Assembly (NCBI GenBank): GCA_963666365.2
Contig: CAXXNF010000002.1
Span: forward strand, 1,888,001 to 1,952,000
DNA: 64,000 bases
Origin: Syntrophales bacterium
GTDB taxonomy: Bacteria > Desulfobacterota > Syntrophia > Syntrophales > UBA2210
Direction of reading: 5' to 3'
Within the stretch, counting starts at the first letter, position 1, and the number at the start of each line of letters is the position of its first letter. The notes under the pieces were generated by a model. It searched no databases, was not told the DNA's origin, and was given only the letters and a program-made list of their open reading frames with translations. Below, piece after piece: positions 19,606-30,153 of the stretch. A program made the position numbers and the translations under genes.

Positions 19606-21243
19606 ATGACTGAAAGAAAAAAAGTGGCCGGCACTGTCGTCGACGTGCTGAACGAGCGCATTTACAAGGGTACGATCATTATTGAAAATGGCCGTATCGC
19701 CGACATCGTCCGCGGGGACAACAGAGGCAGCAGCGTTATTATCCCGGGATTTGTGGATTCGCACGTGCACATAGAAAGTTCCATGCTGCCGCCCTCAGAA
19801 TTTGCACGGGCCGCCACTCTTCACGGTGCCATCGCGGCCGTCTGTGATCCCCATGAGATCGCAAATGTCTGCGGAGTGGACGGCATTGATTACATGTGTA
19901 ACGATGCCGCCAGGGCGCCGATGAAGTTCTATTTCGGGGCGCCTTCCTGCGTCCCCGCCACCGATTTCGAAACCTCCGGCGCCTCTCTGGGTGCATCCGT
20001 CATAGAAACGCTGATGCAGCGAACAGACATATGGCATCTCGGCGAGGTGATGAACTATCCCGGCGTCATAAACGGCGATCCTTCGGTGCTTCGTAAAATA
20101 GAAAGCGCAGTGCAAGCGGGAAAACCCGTTGACGGTCATGCCCCGGGACTTACCGGCGTTGATCTTAGGAAATACGCTGGCGCCGGCATCACCACCAATC
20201 ATGAATGTCTGAGTGCTGAAGAGGCCCTGGCGGATATCAAGGCAGGCATAAAGGTTCAGATCCGTGAGGGTTCGGCAGCCAAACTGCTCGATCAATGTTT
20301 TCATCTTATCGACCTTCATACGGATCATTGCATGTTCTGCAGCGACGACAAGCATCCCGATGATCTGCAGCAGGGATACATAAACGACATGGTAAAAAGG
20401 TCCATTCAGGCGGGCATTGATCCACTGAAGGTGCTGAAAGTCGCCTCAGTCAATCCTGCGTTCCATTATGGACTTGATATGGGACTGCTGCGCGAAGGCG
20501 ATCCTGCCGATTTTCTCGAAATCGACGACCTCCGGCATTTGAATATTCTGAAAACATGGATCGGGGGATCGGTAGTTGCCAGTGAGGGAGTTTCCCTGAT
20601 TCCACGATCCAGTGCCAGATCTGTCAATCGGTTCAATGTCGCCACAAAAGCCCCCGAAGATTTTGTCATCCGAGGCAACGGAAACGTACTGCAGGTAATC
20701 ATTGCTCTGGACAGGCAGGTCTTTACCGAGAGAACATCTCTGGCACCCAGCCTTCATGGAGGCATGGTTGTTTCCGATCCCGCGCGCGACGTTTTGAAGC
20801 TTGCCGTGGTAAACCGTTATGCCGATGCGCCCGTGTCCATCGGATTTGTCAAAAATTTTGCCTTTCGTGAGGGCGCGATCGCCTCAAGCGTCGCCCACGA
20901 CTCTCATAATATCGTTGCCGTCGGCGTCAGTGACAGTGAAATCTCCAGGGCCGTAAACCTGATCATAAAAAACAGGGGGGGCATTTGCGCCGTCAGAGGT
21001 GAAGAAGAACGGATTCTGCCGCTTCCCGTTGCAGGACTTATGAGTAACGAGGACTATGGAACAGTGGCAAACAAGTACACTCTCCTCAATCGCATGGCCC
21101 AGAGCATGGGGACACAATTGAAGGCCCCTTTTATGACGCTCTCATTCATGTCGCTTCCGGTTATTCCTCGCCTTAAACTCACCGACAGAGGCCTCTTCGA
21201 CGGCGACGTCTTTCGCTACATCGATCTTCTGGACTCAATATGA
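19606..21243 (+). CDS. ade: Adenine deaminase
   Basis: DSHVHIESS, DPHEIANV, DGHAPG, IREGSAA, SDDKHP, SVAHDSHN. Confidence 0.96.
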   Translation: MTERKKVAGTVVDVLNERIYKGTIIIENGRIADIVRGDNRGSSVIIPGFVDSHVHIESSMLPPSEFARAATLHGAIAAVCDPHEIANVCGVDGIDYMCNDAARAPMKFYFGAPSCVPATDFETSGASLGASVIETLMQRTDIWHLGEVMNYPGVINGDPSVLRKIESAVQAGKPVDGHAPGLTGVDLRKYAGAGITTNHECLSAEEALADIKAGIKVQIREGSAAKLLDQCFHLIDLHTDHCMFCSDDKHPDDLQQGYINDMVKRSIQAGIDPLKVLKVASVNPAFHYGLDMGLLREGDPADFLEIDDLRHLNILKTWIGGSVVASEGVSLIPRSSARSVNRFNVATKAPEDFVIRGNGNVLQVIIALDRQVFTERTSLAPSLHGGMVVSDPARDVLKLAVVNRYADAPVSIGFVKNFAFREGAIASSVAHDSHNIVAVGVSDSEISRAVNLIIKNRGGICAVRGEEERILPLPVAGLMSNEDYGTVANKYTLLNRMAQSMGTQLKAPFMTLSFMSLPVIPRLKLTDRGLFDGDVFRYIDLLDSI

Positions 21244-21339
21244 ACAGCAATGAAAGTCATTTCGAAATTAAAGAAAAATCACTTTAGAAAAAGGTCCAAT
21301 CTGTCGATAAAGAATGTGTGACGCCTATAGGTGACAGCC

Positions 21340-22266
21340 ATGACGGATAACATGATTCCCGCACGAAGGTCACAATTGCCTTTCTATAAAACCATTCCTC
21401 TCTTCATAGAGGGGAAAGAGAACGAGTATATCCTTTACAAACCCGCGGGAATCACAATTCAGGATATGCGTGTCGAGGAAAACAGACTGCCTCATGCACT
21501 CTTCATAAGGAGAGGAGACAAGATGCGAGGCATTCAGGAAACTCAAGAGGCTTTTAATCTACAGCTCATGTCCTATATGAAAACGGCAGAACCTGCAAGG
21601 ATAAAGGAAACCGTCGTGTCCATCGTGGAAGAAACGCTTTCAGAGCCTCGCAGCGGCAGTCTTGAAGGCATTGCGGGCACACTGGATATTCTCATAAGCG
21701 ATTACGCAAAGGAGTCCCGAATAGTCACCCACCTGTTGAGCATTTCCAGCAGCGATTATTCAACCATTATTCACTCAATCAACGTGATGGCCTTTGCATT
21801 GGGATTTGCCTTTCATTGCAAATTGAACTATTCCGAAACAAAAGCTCTCGGATTGAGTGCGCTTCTTCACGATACGGGAAAAACAAAAATTCCTCCCGAC
21901 ATATTGAAGGCGCCGCGAAAACTGACGGATGAAGAATTTCAAGTAATACAGCGTCATTCAATAATCGGCTATAACATCTTGAAGGAATGCCGTTTTACGG
22001 ATCCCTCCATATGCCTTGCCGCGCTGGAGCACCATGAAAAGCTTGACGGTTCCGGATATCCTGAAGGGAAAAAAAATCTTCACTTTTTTTCACAGGTCAT
22101 TGCCATCATTGACTGCTATGAAGCGCTTACCAACGACGATAGGCTCTATAGAAGCTCGATGCCGCCGATTAAGGCCCTGGACATTCTCAAAAATGATGTC
22201 GAAAAAGGAAAATTCGATAAAAATATCTTCAAGGATTTTGCCTACAGCCTCGTGAGAGACCACTGA
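21340..22266 (+). CDS. HD-GYP domain phosphodiesterase
   Basis: HSINV, LLHDTGK, HHEKLDGSGYPEG, IDCYEALT. Confidence 0.9.
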   Translation: MTDNMIPARRSQLPFYKTIPLFIEGKENEYILYKPAGITIQDMRVEENRLPHALFIRRGDKMRGIQETQEAFNLQLMSYMKTAEPARIKETVVSIVEETLSEPRSGSLEGIAGTLDILISDYAKESRIVTHLLSISSSDYSTIIHSINVMAFALGFAFHCKLNYSETKALGLSALLHDTGKTKIPPDILKAPRKLTDEEFQVIQRHSIIGYNILKECRFTDPSICLAALEHHEKLDGSGYPEGKKNLHFFSQVIAIIDCYEALTNDDRLYRSSMPPIKALDILKNDVEKGKFDKNIFKDFAYSLVRDH

Positions 22267-22468
22267 CACGCAGCCCTTCTTTTCAAAGCTTTGTCACATT
22301 CCTTCCGGACCATTATTCCGCTGCGCTGCGACCGTTAAAATTTTGTAAAGGGATTGTTGTTCAGCCTTTCTCCGCCATGTCGAAAAAAAACTTTATCAAA
22401 AATATGCATTAATATGATAATAAGACACTGTCAATCATGAGAAATAAGTGCGGAAAGGAGCACACGCA

Positions 22469-23158
22469 ATGTCAAAGGGATCCCTGGCCCGCTGCACGCA
22501 GTGTACCGTACCACCGAGCGAGAGATGTTGCCTTAACCCGAAGGGAAAAGGAGCTCCTGGGTGTCCCACCCTAACGAAAAAGGGATGTCATGAGCAATCC
22601 CTTGAAGCATATGATGATGAAAAGGTAAGAGAGTTTGCCCGACAGGCTTCTATCCAGGAGAGTACCTGCTACGAGGGCAGAAATCAACAGCCCTATGTGC
22701 TGCATCCTTCAAAACCCCGCATTCAGGAAATATGTGAATTCGCCCATCGCATGGAATATCGCCGTCTGGGTCTGGTGTATTGTGTCGGATTAGCGGCGGA
22801 AGCGGCCATCGTCGATCGTATTCTGCAGGTGCAGGGGTTCGAGGTCGTCTCCGTATGGTGTAAAGTAGGGTCAGTGCCGAAAGAACGCATCGGCATTAAA
22901 GAGGAAGAAAAAATTTATATCGGCCGCTATGAAACGATGTGTAACCCTATCATGCAGGCGAAAATAGTCAACGACGCGCAGACGGATTTCAACATCGCCC
23001 TCGGTCTCTGCGTTGGCCATGATTCACTTTTTTTTAAGTATGCCGAGGCACCGACGACAGTGCTTGCCGCCAAGGACCGCGTACTGGCCCATAACCCTCT
23101 CGGCGCCTTGTACTCGTCGGGAAGCTACTATGCACGGCTTATGCGGAAAGGATTTTGA
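22469..23158 (+). CDS. DUF1847-type Cys-rich metal-binding protein
   Basis: N-terminal Cys cluster, CVGL, CKVG, MCNPIMQA, GLCVGHDSLF, KDRVLAHNP. Confidence 0.82.
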   Translation: MSKGSLARCTQCTVPPSERCCLNPKGKGAPGCPTLTKKGCHEQSLEAYDDEKVREFARQASIQESTCYEGRNQQPYVLHPSKPRIQEICEFAHRMEYRRLGLVYCVGLAAEAAIVDRILQVQGFEVVSVWCKVGSVPKERIGIKEEEKIYIGRYETMCNPIMQAKIVNDAQTDFNIALGLCVGHDSLFFKYAEAPTTVLAAKDRVLAHNPLGALYSSGSYYARLMRKGF

Positions 23159-23320
23159 CCGTGATGTGTGCAGACCCGCCTACTGTTTGATGAAGTATAT
23201 CAAACAATTCAGTGCTATTTTATTAAAGACAGCACACCAATCATATGGTAGAACAAAAAAACGATGGAGTGAGCAAAGCAGCACTAATGACCGCACCGAG
23301 AGGTTTCTAAGGAGAACTCT

Positions 23321-24160
23321 ATGATAATCCGATGTTGGGGCGCCAGGGGTTCTATTCCAGTCTCTGGGAAACAGTATATAAAATATGGCGGCGATACCAC
23401 ATGTCTTGAAATAAGAACCATAGACGACAACATACTTATAGTAGATTCCGGAACAGGAATTCGTAGACTCGGCAATCGTCTTATTCAGGAAAACCGTCTT
23501 TCATTGCACCTGCTGTTTACCCATTCCCACTGGGATCACTTGATGGGATTTCCTTTCTTTAAACCCATATATATGGAAGAGGCCTCCATCACCTTGTACG
23601 GATGTCCCTTTCACCATTCCTCGATAAGGGAATTCGTATCCAATGTCATGACCTTTCCTCACTTCCCCGCTGAATACAGCAGTCTTCGTTCCTCCATATC
23701 CTACCAGGAACTCTGCAGTGGCGGTTTTTCCATCGGAGCCGTGACTGTCTTCCCCATTATGTTGAGCCATCCCAATAACGGAGTCGGATATAAGTTTATT
23801 GAAGGGAATAAATCATTCATTTTTCTCACTGATAACGAATTAGGATACACCCATCCGGGAGGCATGAAATACTCGGATTATTGTGATTTCTCATCAGGAG
23901 CTGATCTGCTTGTTCACGATGCCGAATTTACCTTCGAAGAATACGAAAAGACAAAAAGTTGGGGGCACAGTGTGTACACCGAGGCGTTAAATCTCGCACT
24001 GGACTCCGGTGTGAAGCAATTCGGCCTCTTCCATCACAATCAGGACAGAACCGACGAAGAGATTGATGGCATGGTAGACGCCTGCCGCCGCATTGTGGGT
24101 GAACGGAAATCATCGCTCGAATGTTTCGCCCTGTCACAGGACATGGAAATAGTCCTGTAA
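23321..24160 (+). CDS. MBL-fold metallo-hydrolase
   Basis: WGARGSIP, YGGDTTC, THSHWDH, HDAE, WGHS, FHH. Confidence 0.92.
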   Translation: MIIRCWGARGSIPVSGKQYIKYGGDTTCLEIRTIDDNILIVDSGTGIRRLGNRLIQENRLSLHLLFTHSHWDHLMGFPFFKPIYMEEASITLYGCPFHHSSIREFVSNVMTFPHFPAEYSSLRSSISYQELCSGGFSIGAVTVFPIMLSHPNNGVGYKFIEGNKSFIFLTDNELGYTHPGGMKYSDYCDFSSGADLLVHDAEFTFEEYEKTKSWGHSVYTEALNLALDSGVKQFGLFHHNQDRTDEEIDGMVDACRRIVGERKSSLECFALSQDMEIVL

Positions 24161-24196
24161 TTCACAATTCAACCTTAAAGAAAAGGAAACTCCACA

Positions 24197-24730
24197 ATGT
24201 GTACCACTGATACAACTGTGCTGATCGTGATTGATCTTCAGGAAAAGCTTGTCCATGCGATGCATGACAGCGCCTTTGTCATCGAAAACCTCCAAAAGCT
24301 CATAGAGGGAGCCTGCATCCTGGGAATACCCCTGATCGCAACGGAGCAGATCAATTTAGGCCCCACGATTTCCGGCATAGCAGATCATTTCAGAGGAATC
24401 ACGCCCATTCAGAAACGAAGCTTCAGTTGCTGCGGCGAGGCAGACTTCATGCAGGCACTTCAAAGGGACAACCGTCGCCACGCGCTCATTGCAGGAATCG
24501 AGTGTCATATCTGCGTATATCAAACCGCCGTCGATCTTGTACGCCTGGGCTATGAAGTCCAGGTCGTCGCCGATTGCGTCTCCTCGCGGACCGAGATGAA
24601 TCGCGCAATCGGGCTTGCAAGGATGCAATCCGAAGGCGTTCGGATCTCTTCTACGGAAATGGCCTTGTTTGAGCTTTTAAAGGTTGCCCAGGGTGAAGGA
24701 ATTCGTCAAATAAGCAGATTGGTCAAATAA
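24197..24730 (+). CDS. Isochorismatase-family hydrolase
   Basis: IDLQEKL, KRSFSC, GIECHICVYQT, DCVSSR. Confidence 0.92.
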   Translation: MCTTDTTVLIVIDLQEKLVHAMHDSAFVIENLQKLIEGACILGIPLIATEQINLGPTISGIADHFRGITPIQKRSFSCCGEADFMQALQRDNRRHALIAGIECHICVYQTAVDLVRLGYEVQVVADCVSSRTEMNRAIGLARMQSEGVRISSTEMALFELLKVAQGEGIRQISRLVK

Positions 24731-24737
24731 GAATATC

Positions 24738-25595
24738 ATGCCCGGTTTCTGGACTTCCGTTGCGCTGATCGGCGTACTTTGCGCCACATTTCTTGCGGGG
24801 AGGCGTCTCTATAAAAATGAAAAACGCAGACGCATCATTGCGGCGCCCTTTCCCGACAGCTGGGAACGGACCCTCCTGAAAAACGTATCACTTTACAGAA
24901 AAGTCCCACCGGCACTCCGTGAGAGGCTCAGAAACAGCATCAAACTCTTTATTGCGGAAAAACGCTTCGAAGGCTGCAACGGCCTTGTCGTTACGGAAGA
25001 GATACGGGTTACCATTGCGGGACAGGCCTGCCTGCTACTCATGAACAGACCGAATAAAAACTATCCGGGCCTCACCTCAATACTGGTATACCCCAGCGCC
25101 TACCTTGCCCAGGGAAGGATGCACCTTGAGGGGGGCGCCTATGTGGAAGGGCCCCAGATCCGCGCGGGAGAATCGTGGACAAGAGGCGTTGTCGTCCTAG
25201 CCTGGGATCACGTACAAAAAGAATCCTCAAGAATCTACGGCGGAAAAAACGTAGTCCTCCATGAATTCGCCCATCAACTGGATCAGGAAGACGGAATTGC
25301 AAACGGCGTCCCTGTTCTTTCCGATCAGTCGCGCTACGCATCCTGGAGTGCGGTATTTCAGAATAATTTTCAAAAACTGCGAACCCGTGCGTATCAGGAA
25401 GACACACTCCTTGACGAGTACGGGACGCTGAACCCCGCCGAATTCTTCGCCGTTGCCACAGAAGCCTTTTTTAAAAAACCTTTTGAAATGAAAATAGAGA
25501 AACCCGACCTTTACGCAGAATTGAAGGAGTACTATCGGATTGATCCCGCCGAGTGGCTTGAAGCAGAAAAAGAGGGCGAACATCCCTTGCCGTAG
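24738..25595 (+). CDS. MtfA/M90-family zinc peptidase with N-terminal membrane anchor
   Basis: IAGQACLL, NVVLHEFAHQLD, EFFAVATEAFF. Confidence 0.9.
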   Translation: MPGFWTSVALIGVLCATFLAGRRLYKNEKRRRIIAAPFPDSWERTLLKNVSLYRKVPPALRERLRNSIKLFIAEKRFEGCNGLVVTEEIRVTIAGQACLLLMNRPNKNYPGLTSILVYPSAYLAQGRMHLEGGAYVEGPQIRAGESWTRGVVVLAWDHVQKESSRIYGGKNVVLHEFAHQLDQEDGIANGVPVLSDQSRYASWSAVFQNNFQKLRTRAYQEDTLLDEYGTLNPAEFFAVATEAFFKKPFEMKIEKPDLYAELKEYYRIDPAEWLEAEKEGEHPLP

Positions 25596-25690
25596 GGTGC
25601 GCGCCCTCTGCAATCGGTCCTTTTGTCAATCACTTATGCCGAAGGCATTTTCATGGCAATAGCACTCTGCAGCAACCATCTACTCCTACA

Positions 25691-27040
25691 TTATTTCCTC
25701 AATTGAGCCGGTGATCGATAATTTGCCGGGTCGATGTAGCGATCGTATATTTCCTTGTCCACTTTAGGCGCCGCAATCCATACGATTTTACCGTTTTCCT
25801 GATACTGTGCCACGGGAAGCATAAAATAGCCCGGCAGCATTTTATAGGGGTTTCGAGGATCACACATGAGACGGGAATGAAAAAAGGGCTTGATTCTCTG
25901 CACCTGATATTTCATCCTTCCCAGCGAATAGGTTGTCTGGACCTCCTCCATTGCCCTTATTATCGCATCGATATCATCGGTCCCCTCGGCCCACTCTATG
26001 GCAGCTTTAATATGATAGATATCGGCATAGGCAAGATGCACATGAATCTGTGAAGGAATGCCCTGCATGCGCGCCTTTGCAATAAAAGGGAGCGTTTTTT
26101 CCGTATAGGCAATATTTCCCTCAAAAAAGGGAGTAATTACGCCGGCCGCCTTTCCGCCGGTCATATCCCAGAATCCGTGGGTCTGCGAAACACCGCCATA
26201 AAGGATAATCGGCAGATCCCGTGCCGCTGAATCATGCCATTGTTTGGTAAAGGTTTCCGTGTCGGTAAACCAAGAGCTTACGTAAAAGATGACCTCGGCC
26301 TTTTTTGCCGCAATTTGCTGGAGGATCGGAAGATACATGGTCCCTCGCGGTTTTACCGCCTTACTGTAGACCACCTCCAGGCCGTACTTTTCTTTCGCCA
26401 CCTCTTCCCAGGGTGGAAGCGTTTGGTCTCCCAGTTTCAGTCCCTTACGCCATCCCTCCGTCCAGGTCAGATCCTCCCAGAGAATGGCAATCCGCTTTGC
26501 CTTTATGGTAGACTTGACGACCTGACCAAACACGGTTTCAAGCCACGCATAATGCGAAGCGGCATCCCAGTCACGAAAACTGAATTTGAATTTATCATAG
26601 TCGTCAACCACGCGATCCGTCAACTCAGGGGCCATTGGTCCATTAAAAATCATAATATGGGGATACTGTTTAAAGAGCACTGCGGAATTTTCCTGAGCTG
26701 CAAGACATATCTCCGAGCGTCCCTCAACGGTAATGAAATCTGCTTTATCTTCGATAATAAGTCTTCGGGCGCCTTCGACAGTCTGGGATGTTCCCCCTTT
26801 TCCATCGACAATAATAAATTTGACGGGACGCCCCAATATGCCGCCGCCCTTATTAATTTCTTCAACGGCAAATTTCTGAATTTCCATGTTCGGTCTTGTC
26901 CCCGGTGAAGTCACATCGCCGATATAGCCTATCACAATGGGCTTACCGGTCAAGGTCGCAAAGGCGGACGGCGAACACGCACAGAACGCTATTCCGGCAA
27001 TCGCAAGAAGCACCACACCGATCCTCAGTCTCATCATCAT
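25691..27040 (-). CDS. ABC transporter substrate-binding protein, branched-chain amino acid (Liv) type, paralog 2
   Basis: Signal peptide after ATG 27040, PIVIG, EINKGGGILGRPV. Clear paralog of the adjacent gene. Confidence 0.9.
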   Translation of the reverse strand: MMMRLRIGVVLLAIAGIAFCACSPSAFATLTGKPIVIGYIGDVTSPGTRPNMEIQKFAVEEINKGGGILGRPVKFIIVDGKGGTSQTVEGARRLIIEDKADFITVEGRSEICLAAQENSAVLFKQYPHIMIFNGPMAPELTDRVVDDYDKFKFSFRDWDAASHYAWLETVFGQVVKSTIKAKRIAILWEDLTWTEGWRKGLKLGDQTLPPWEEVAKEKYGLEVVYSKAVKPRGTMYLPILQQIAAKKAEVIFYVSSWFTDTETFTKQWHDSAARDLPIILYGGVSQTHGFWDMTGGKAAGVITPFFEGNIAYTEKTLPFIAKARMQGIPSQIHVHLAYADIYHIKAAIEWAEGTDDIDAIIRAMEEVQTTYSLGRMKYQVQRIKPFFHSRLMCDPRNPYKMLPGYFMLPVAQYQENGKIVWIAAPKVDKEIYDRYIDPANYRSPAQLRK

Positions 27041-27078
27041 AGATCCTCTCCTTTTCCAGATCACCCCATAATGAAGGA

Positions 27079-27104
27079 GCGCTCCGACACCATAGTCGGA
27101 GCGC
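27079..27104 (-). terminator. Intergenic hairpin (terminator or mRNA stabiliser) between the two binding-protein genes
   Basis: Perfect 10-bp stem GCGCTCCGAC-accata-GTCGGAGCGC with only a weak U-tract. Confidence 0.55.
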
Positions 27105-27140
27105 CCCGCAATCATTAATGAGACACTCATCCCTTAACCG

Positions 27141-28508
27141 TTACTTTCCGCGCTTTCTCAGCTCAGCGGGATAGACATAGTCCGTCGGTGCGCCTATACC
27201 CTTGTACTTGGGCTCGTTTTCCTCGCAGGAAGCGCCCAGATACTGGATTTTTCCGTCATTCTGGAACTGAGCCATCGGCTGATAGAACACGCCGGGAATG
27301 GTCTTCGTCATCGGGTCGGAGAGATCAATCCTTACCTTTGAATGGAAGTAGGGTTTGACCTTCTGCGTCTCATAGGCCATTTTACCCAGCGAATAGGTGG
27401 TTTCCGTCGACTCCATCGATTTGATCAGCTTTTCTATATCATCGATGCCGCCGGCGTTTTCAATCACCTTCTTGAAGAAATAAATGTCGGCGTAGGCGAG
27501 ATGTACGTGAATCTGCGTGGGAATGTTATGCTTTTTCGCCAGTTTCACAAAGGGAATCGTTGCCTCGGTAAGCGGCAATTCACATTCGGTAAAGGAAGTG
27601 ACCACTCCAAGGGCCTTTCCGCCGGTCATTTTCCAGAAATCACTCGTCTGGGCAACGCCTCCGTAAAGGTTGACGGGAATGTCCCGTGCCGCCGAATCGC
27701 ACCACTGTTTGGTGAAGGATTCCGTATCGGTGAACCATGAACTGATATAGAGAATTACCTGTGCCTTTTTCATGGCGATCTGCTGCAGGAGCGGCATGTA
27801 CATGGTCCCTCTCGGTTTAACCGCCTTACTGTATACCACCTTAATGCCGTGTTGCTTCTCCAGCATTTCTTCCCAGGGGGGCATCTTCATATAATCGATA
27901 CCTACTCTCCACTGGTGCGTCCAGGCAAGATCTTCCCAGAGGAATGCCATGCGCTTGATACCCGGAAACATCTTCGGCCAGGTCTTCCCCCAGAAATAAT
28001 TCATCTGAGGATAATGGGCCGGCTCAGGATCCCAGTCACGAAAACAGAATTTGTACTTGTCATATTCGTCAAGCACCCGTGCCGTGAGTTCGGCGCCCAT
28101 GGGGCCGTTAAACACGAGAATGTGGGGGTAATCCCTGAACATGGCCGCTGAATTTTCCTGGGCGGCAAGACAAATTTCCGTGCGTCCTTCCACGGAAATG
28201 AACTTCGCCTTGTTTTCGAGCAAGAGCCGCCGCGCGCCCTCCACCGTGAGTGACGTGTCGCCCTTGTTATCTGCCACCACATACTTCACGGGACGTCCCA
28301 GAATACCCCCCGCCTGGTTGATTTCCTCAACCGCTATTTTCTGAATGTCCATACAGGGTCTCGTCCCCGGAGAGAGGATCATTCCCACATATCCTATCAC
28401 TATGGGCTCTCCCGAGGGAGCAGCGGCAATCGCCGGCGGTGCGAATATCATGACCGCCATCGACAGTGCTGCTACGACATACACACCTAATCTCAATCTT
28501 CTTACCAT
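27141..28508 (-). CDS. ABC transporter substrate-binding protein, Liv type, paralog 1
   Basis: Signal peptide after ATG 28508, PIVIG, EINQAGGILGRPV. Confidence 0.9.
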   Translation of the reverse strand: MVRRLRLGVYVVAALSMAVMIFAPPAIAAAPSGEPIVIGYVGMILSPGTRPCMDIQKIAVEEINQAGGILGRPVKYVVADNKGDTSLTVEGARRLLLENKAKFISVEGRTEICLAAQENSAAMFRDYPHILVFNGPMGAELTARVLDEYDKYKFCFRDWDPEPAHYPQMNYFWGKTWPKMFPGIKRMAFLWEDLAWTHQWRVGIDYMKMPPWEEMLEKQHGIKVVYSKAVKPRGTMYMPLLQQIAMKKAQVILYISSWFTDTESFTKQWCDSAARDIPVNLYGGVAQTSDFWKMTGGKALGVVTSFTECELPLTEATIPFVKLAKKHNIPTQIHVHLAYADIYFFKKVIENAGGIDDIEKLIKSMESTETTYSLGKMAYETQKVKPYFHSKVRIDLSDPMTKTIPGVFYQPMAQFQNDGKIQYLGASCEENEPKYKGIGAPTDYVYPAELRKRGK

Positions 28509-28797
28509 ATACCTTTCCCTCCTTTCATGATTGCATGCACCGTTCTCTATTATTACTTCCTCATTGTGTAATGGAACAGACACAGAGGCTTACGCATACC
28601 ATGGATGTGCAACCCGCACATACACGCCACTATTCGGAACACTGCACCTTTGCATCACAGGTGGATTCACGCCGCGGAAAAACAATTAAAAAAACCCCCA
28701 TTTTTTATCATGTTTCTTTATTCGTAACAAGCTTAGCCCTCTGCTGTCAAGTAAATTATATATTTGAAGACACTTTGGGCACTGGCGCATTATGCAC

Positions 28798-30153
28798 CTA
28801 CTCCGCCTGATCTTTCAGGTATTTTCCCCTTACATATTCGTTGTCCTTCCCGATGTCGGCAGTCACCCACTTCACCTGGGGAGGCGATTCCGTCATCTTG
28901 ACAAACCCTGATGTCACCGTGAATTTCCCCAGCGTTTCGTCTTCAATCTCCTTAAAAGACTTACGAATTTCCCACTGTGTGTTCTGTCGGGTATTCTCCG
29001 GCGTCATGACTTTCATCACAATGGGCACACCACCGCCCCGCCATTTCGAACGGGCCGCCTTCATCGCGTAATTAAGCGCCTTGGCTGTCAGCTCGTCGGC
29101 CGTATGTTTGACCGTTTCCTTTTCAATCTCGCGGTGCAGCTCCATCGCCTGATCGATAATATCGGGGATGCGGTCGGCGGTATACTTAAAATCGTCCTCC
29201 AGGTCCCATCGCCCCAGAATCTTGAGCAGCGCCCGGAAATCATGATCTCTCGGCGCTGCAATAGCCACGAGGCCGTCCTTGCTCTTCCAGTGACCGTAAG
29301 GATAAAGAATGAAGTCCAGCACCCCGATACGAGGCCTTGACTTGTCCCAGGTATAGCCGATACTCGCGGGAAATCCGGTCATTGATGAATAGGCGTCCAT
29401 CCCGGCAACGTCGATCATTTGACCCTCTCCTGTCGACTGACGGTACATGAGCGCCATCATCCCGCCCAGCGCCGCACTGAGACCCGATATGTACCACCCC
29501 ATCCACATTCCCGCCTTCATCGGCCAATTATAGGGTTCAGGCTCTGTCGGCAAATCGCCGATCTGGGCCGATAAACCGGATCCTGCCTGAGTTGTGATAT
29601 CCGTATCGGGAAAATTCACATATTCCTGCGCTCGTTGAGTGTACTGTCCATAAGGCGTGATGCCGATGTAGACAAGGCCTGGATTTTTTTCGGAAAGCTG
29701 CCGATACCCTATACCCCACCCATCCATCGCGTTCGCAGGAAAGGTTTCAATCACGACAGCCGCCTTTTGAGCCAGTGTTGCAAGAATTTCACGATCTTCC
29801 TCGCTCTGTTCCAGGTCGAGGGTCATGTATCGTTTATTGCGCCCCTCCAATATGAAGGGAATCCCCACCCCCTTGATGTTTTTGCCGAAGGGAGTCATCT
29901 TCCGGCAGGGATCACCCTGAGGGGGCTCAATCTTGATCACCTCGGCGCCAAATTCGGCAAAAAAACTTGCAGCAATGATACCCGAAAAATTCGCCACACT
30001 CAGATCAAGAACCATTATATCGTCGAGCACCTCGGGACGTCCTTCAGGCGTCATGAGTTTCTCAACCGTTTCTTTCCACCGGGACACGCCTCCACCGGCA
30101 GTGGAATATCTCGTATATACCCGCTCCTTGTCTTTTCTTTTGAATACACTCAT
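28798..30153 (-). CDS. Class III CoA-transferase (CaiB/BaiF family), subunit 2
   Basis: VLDLS, FGAEVIKIEPPQGDP, RNKR..TLDL, ITPYGQ, DITTQAGSG. Confidence 0.92.
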   Translation of the reverse strand: MSVFKRKDKERVYTRYSTAGGGVSRWKETVEKLMTPEGRPEVLDDIMVLDLSVANFSGIIAASFFAEFGAEVIKIEPPQGDPCRKMTPFGKNIKGVGIPFILEGRNKRYMTLDLEQSEEDREILATLAQKAAVVIETFPANAMDGWGIGYRQLSEKNPGLVYIGITPYGQYTQRAQEYVNFPDTDITTQAGSGLSAQIGDLPTEPEPYNWPMKAGMWMGWYISGLSAALGGMMALMYRQSTGEGQMIDVAGMDAYSSMTGFPASIGYTWDKSRPRIGVLDFILYPYGHWKSKDGLVAIAAPRDHDFRALLKILGRWDLEDDFKYTADRIPDIIDQAMELHREIEKETVKHTADELTAKALNYAMKAARSKWRGGGVPIVMKVMTPENTRQNTQWEIRKSFKEIEDETLGKFTVTSGFVKMTESPPQVKWVTADIGKDNEYVRGKYLKDQAE

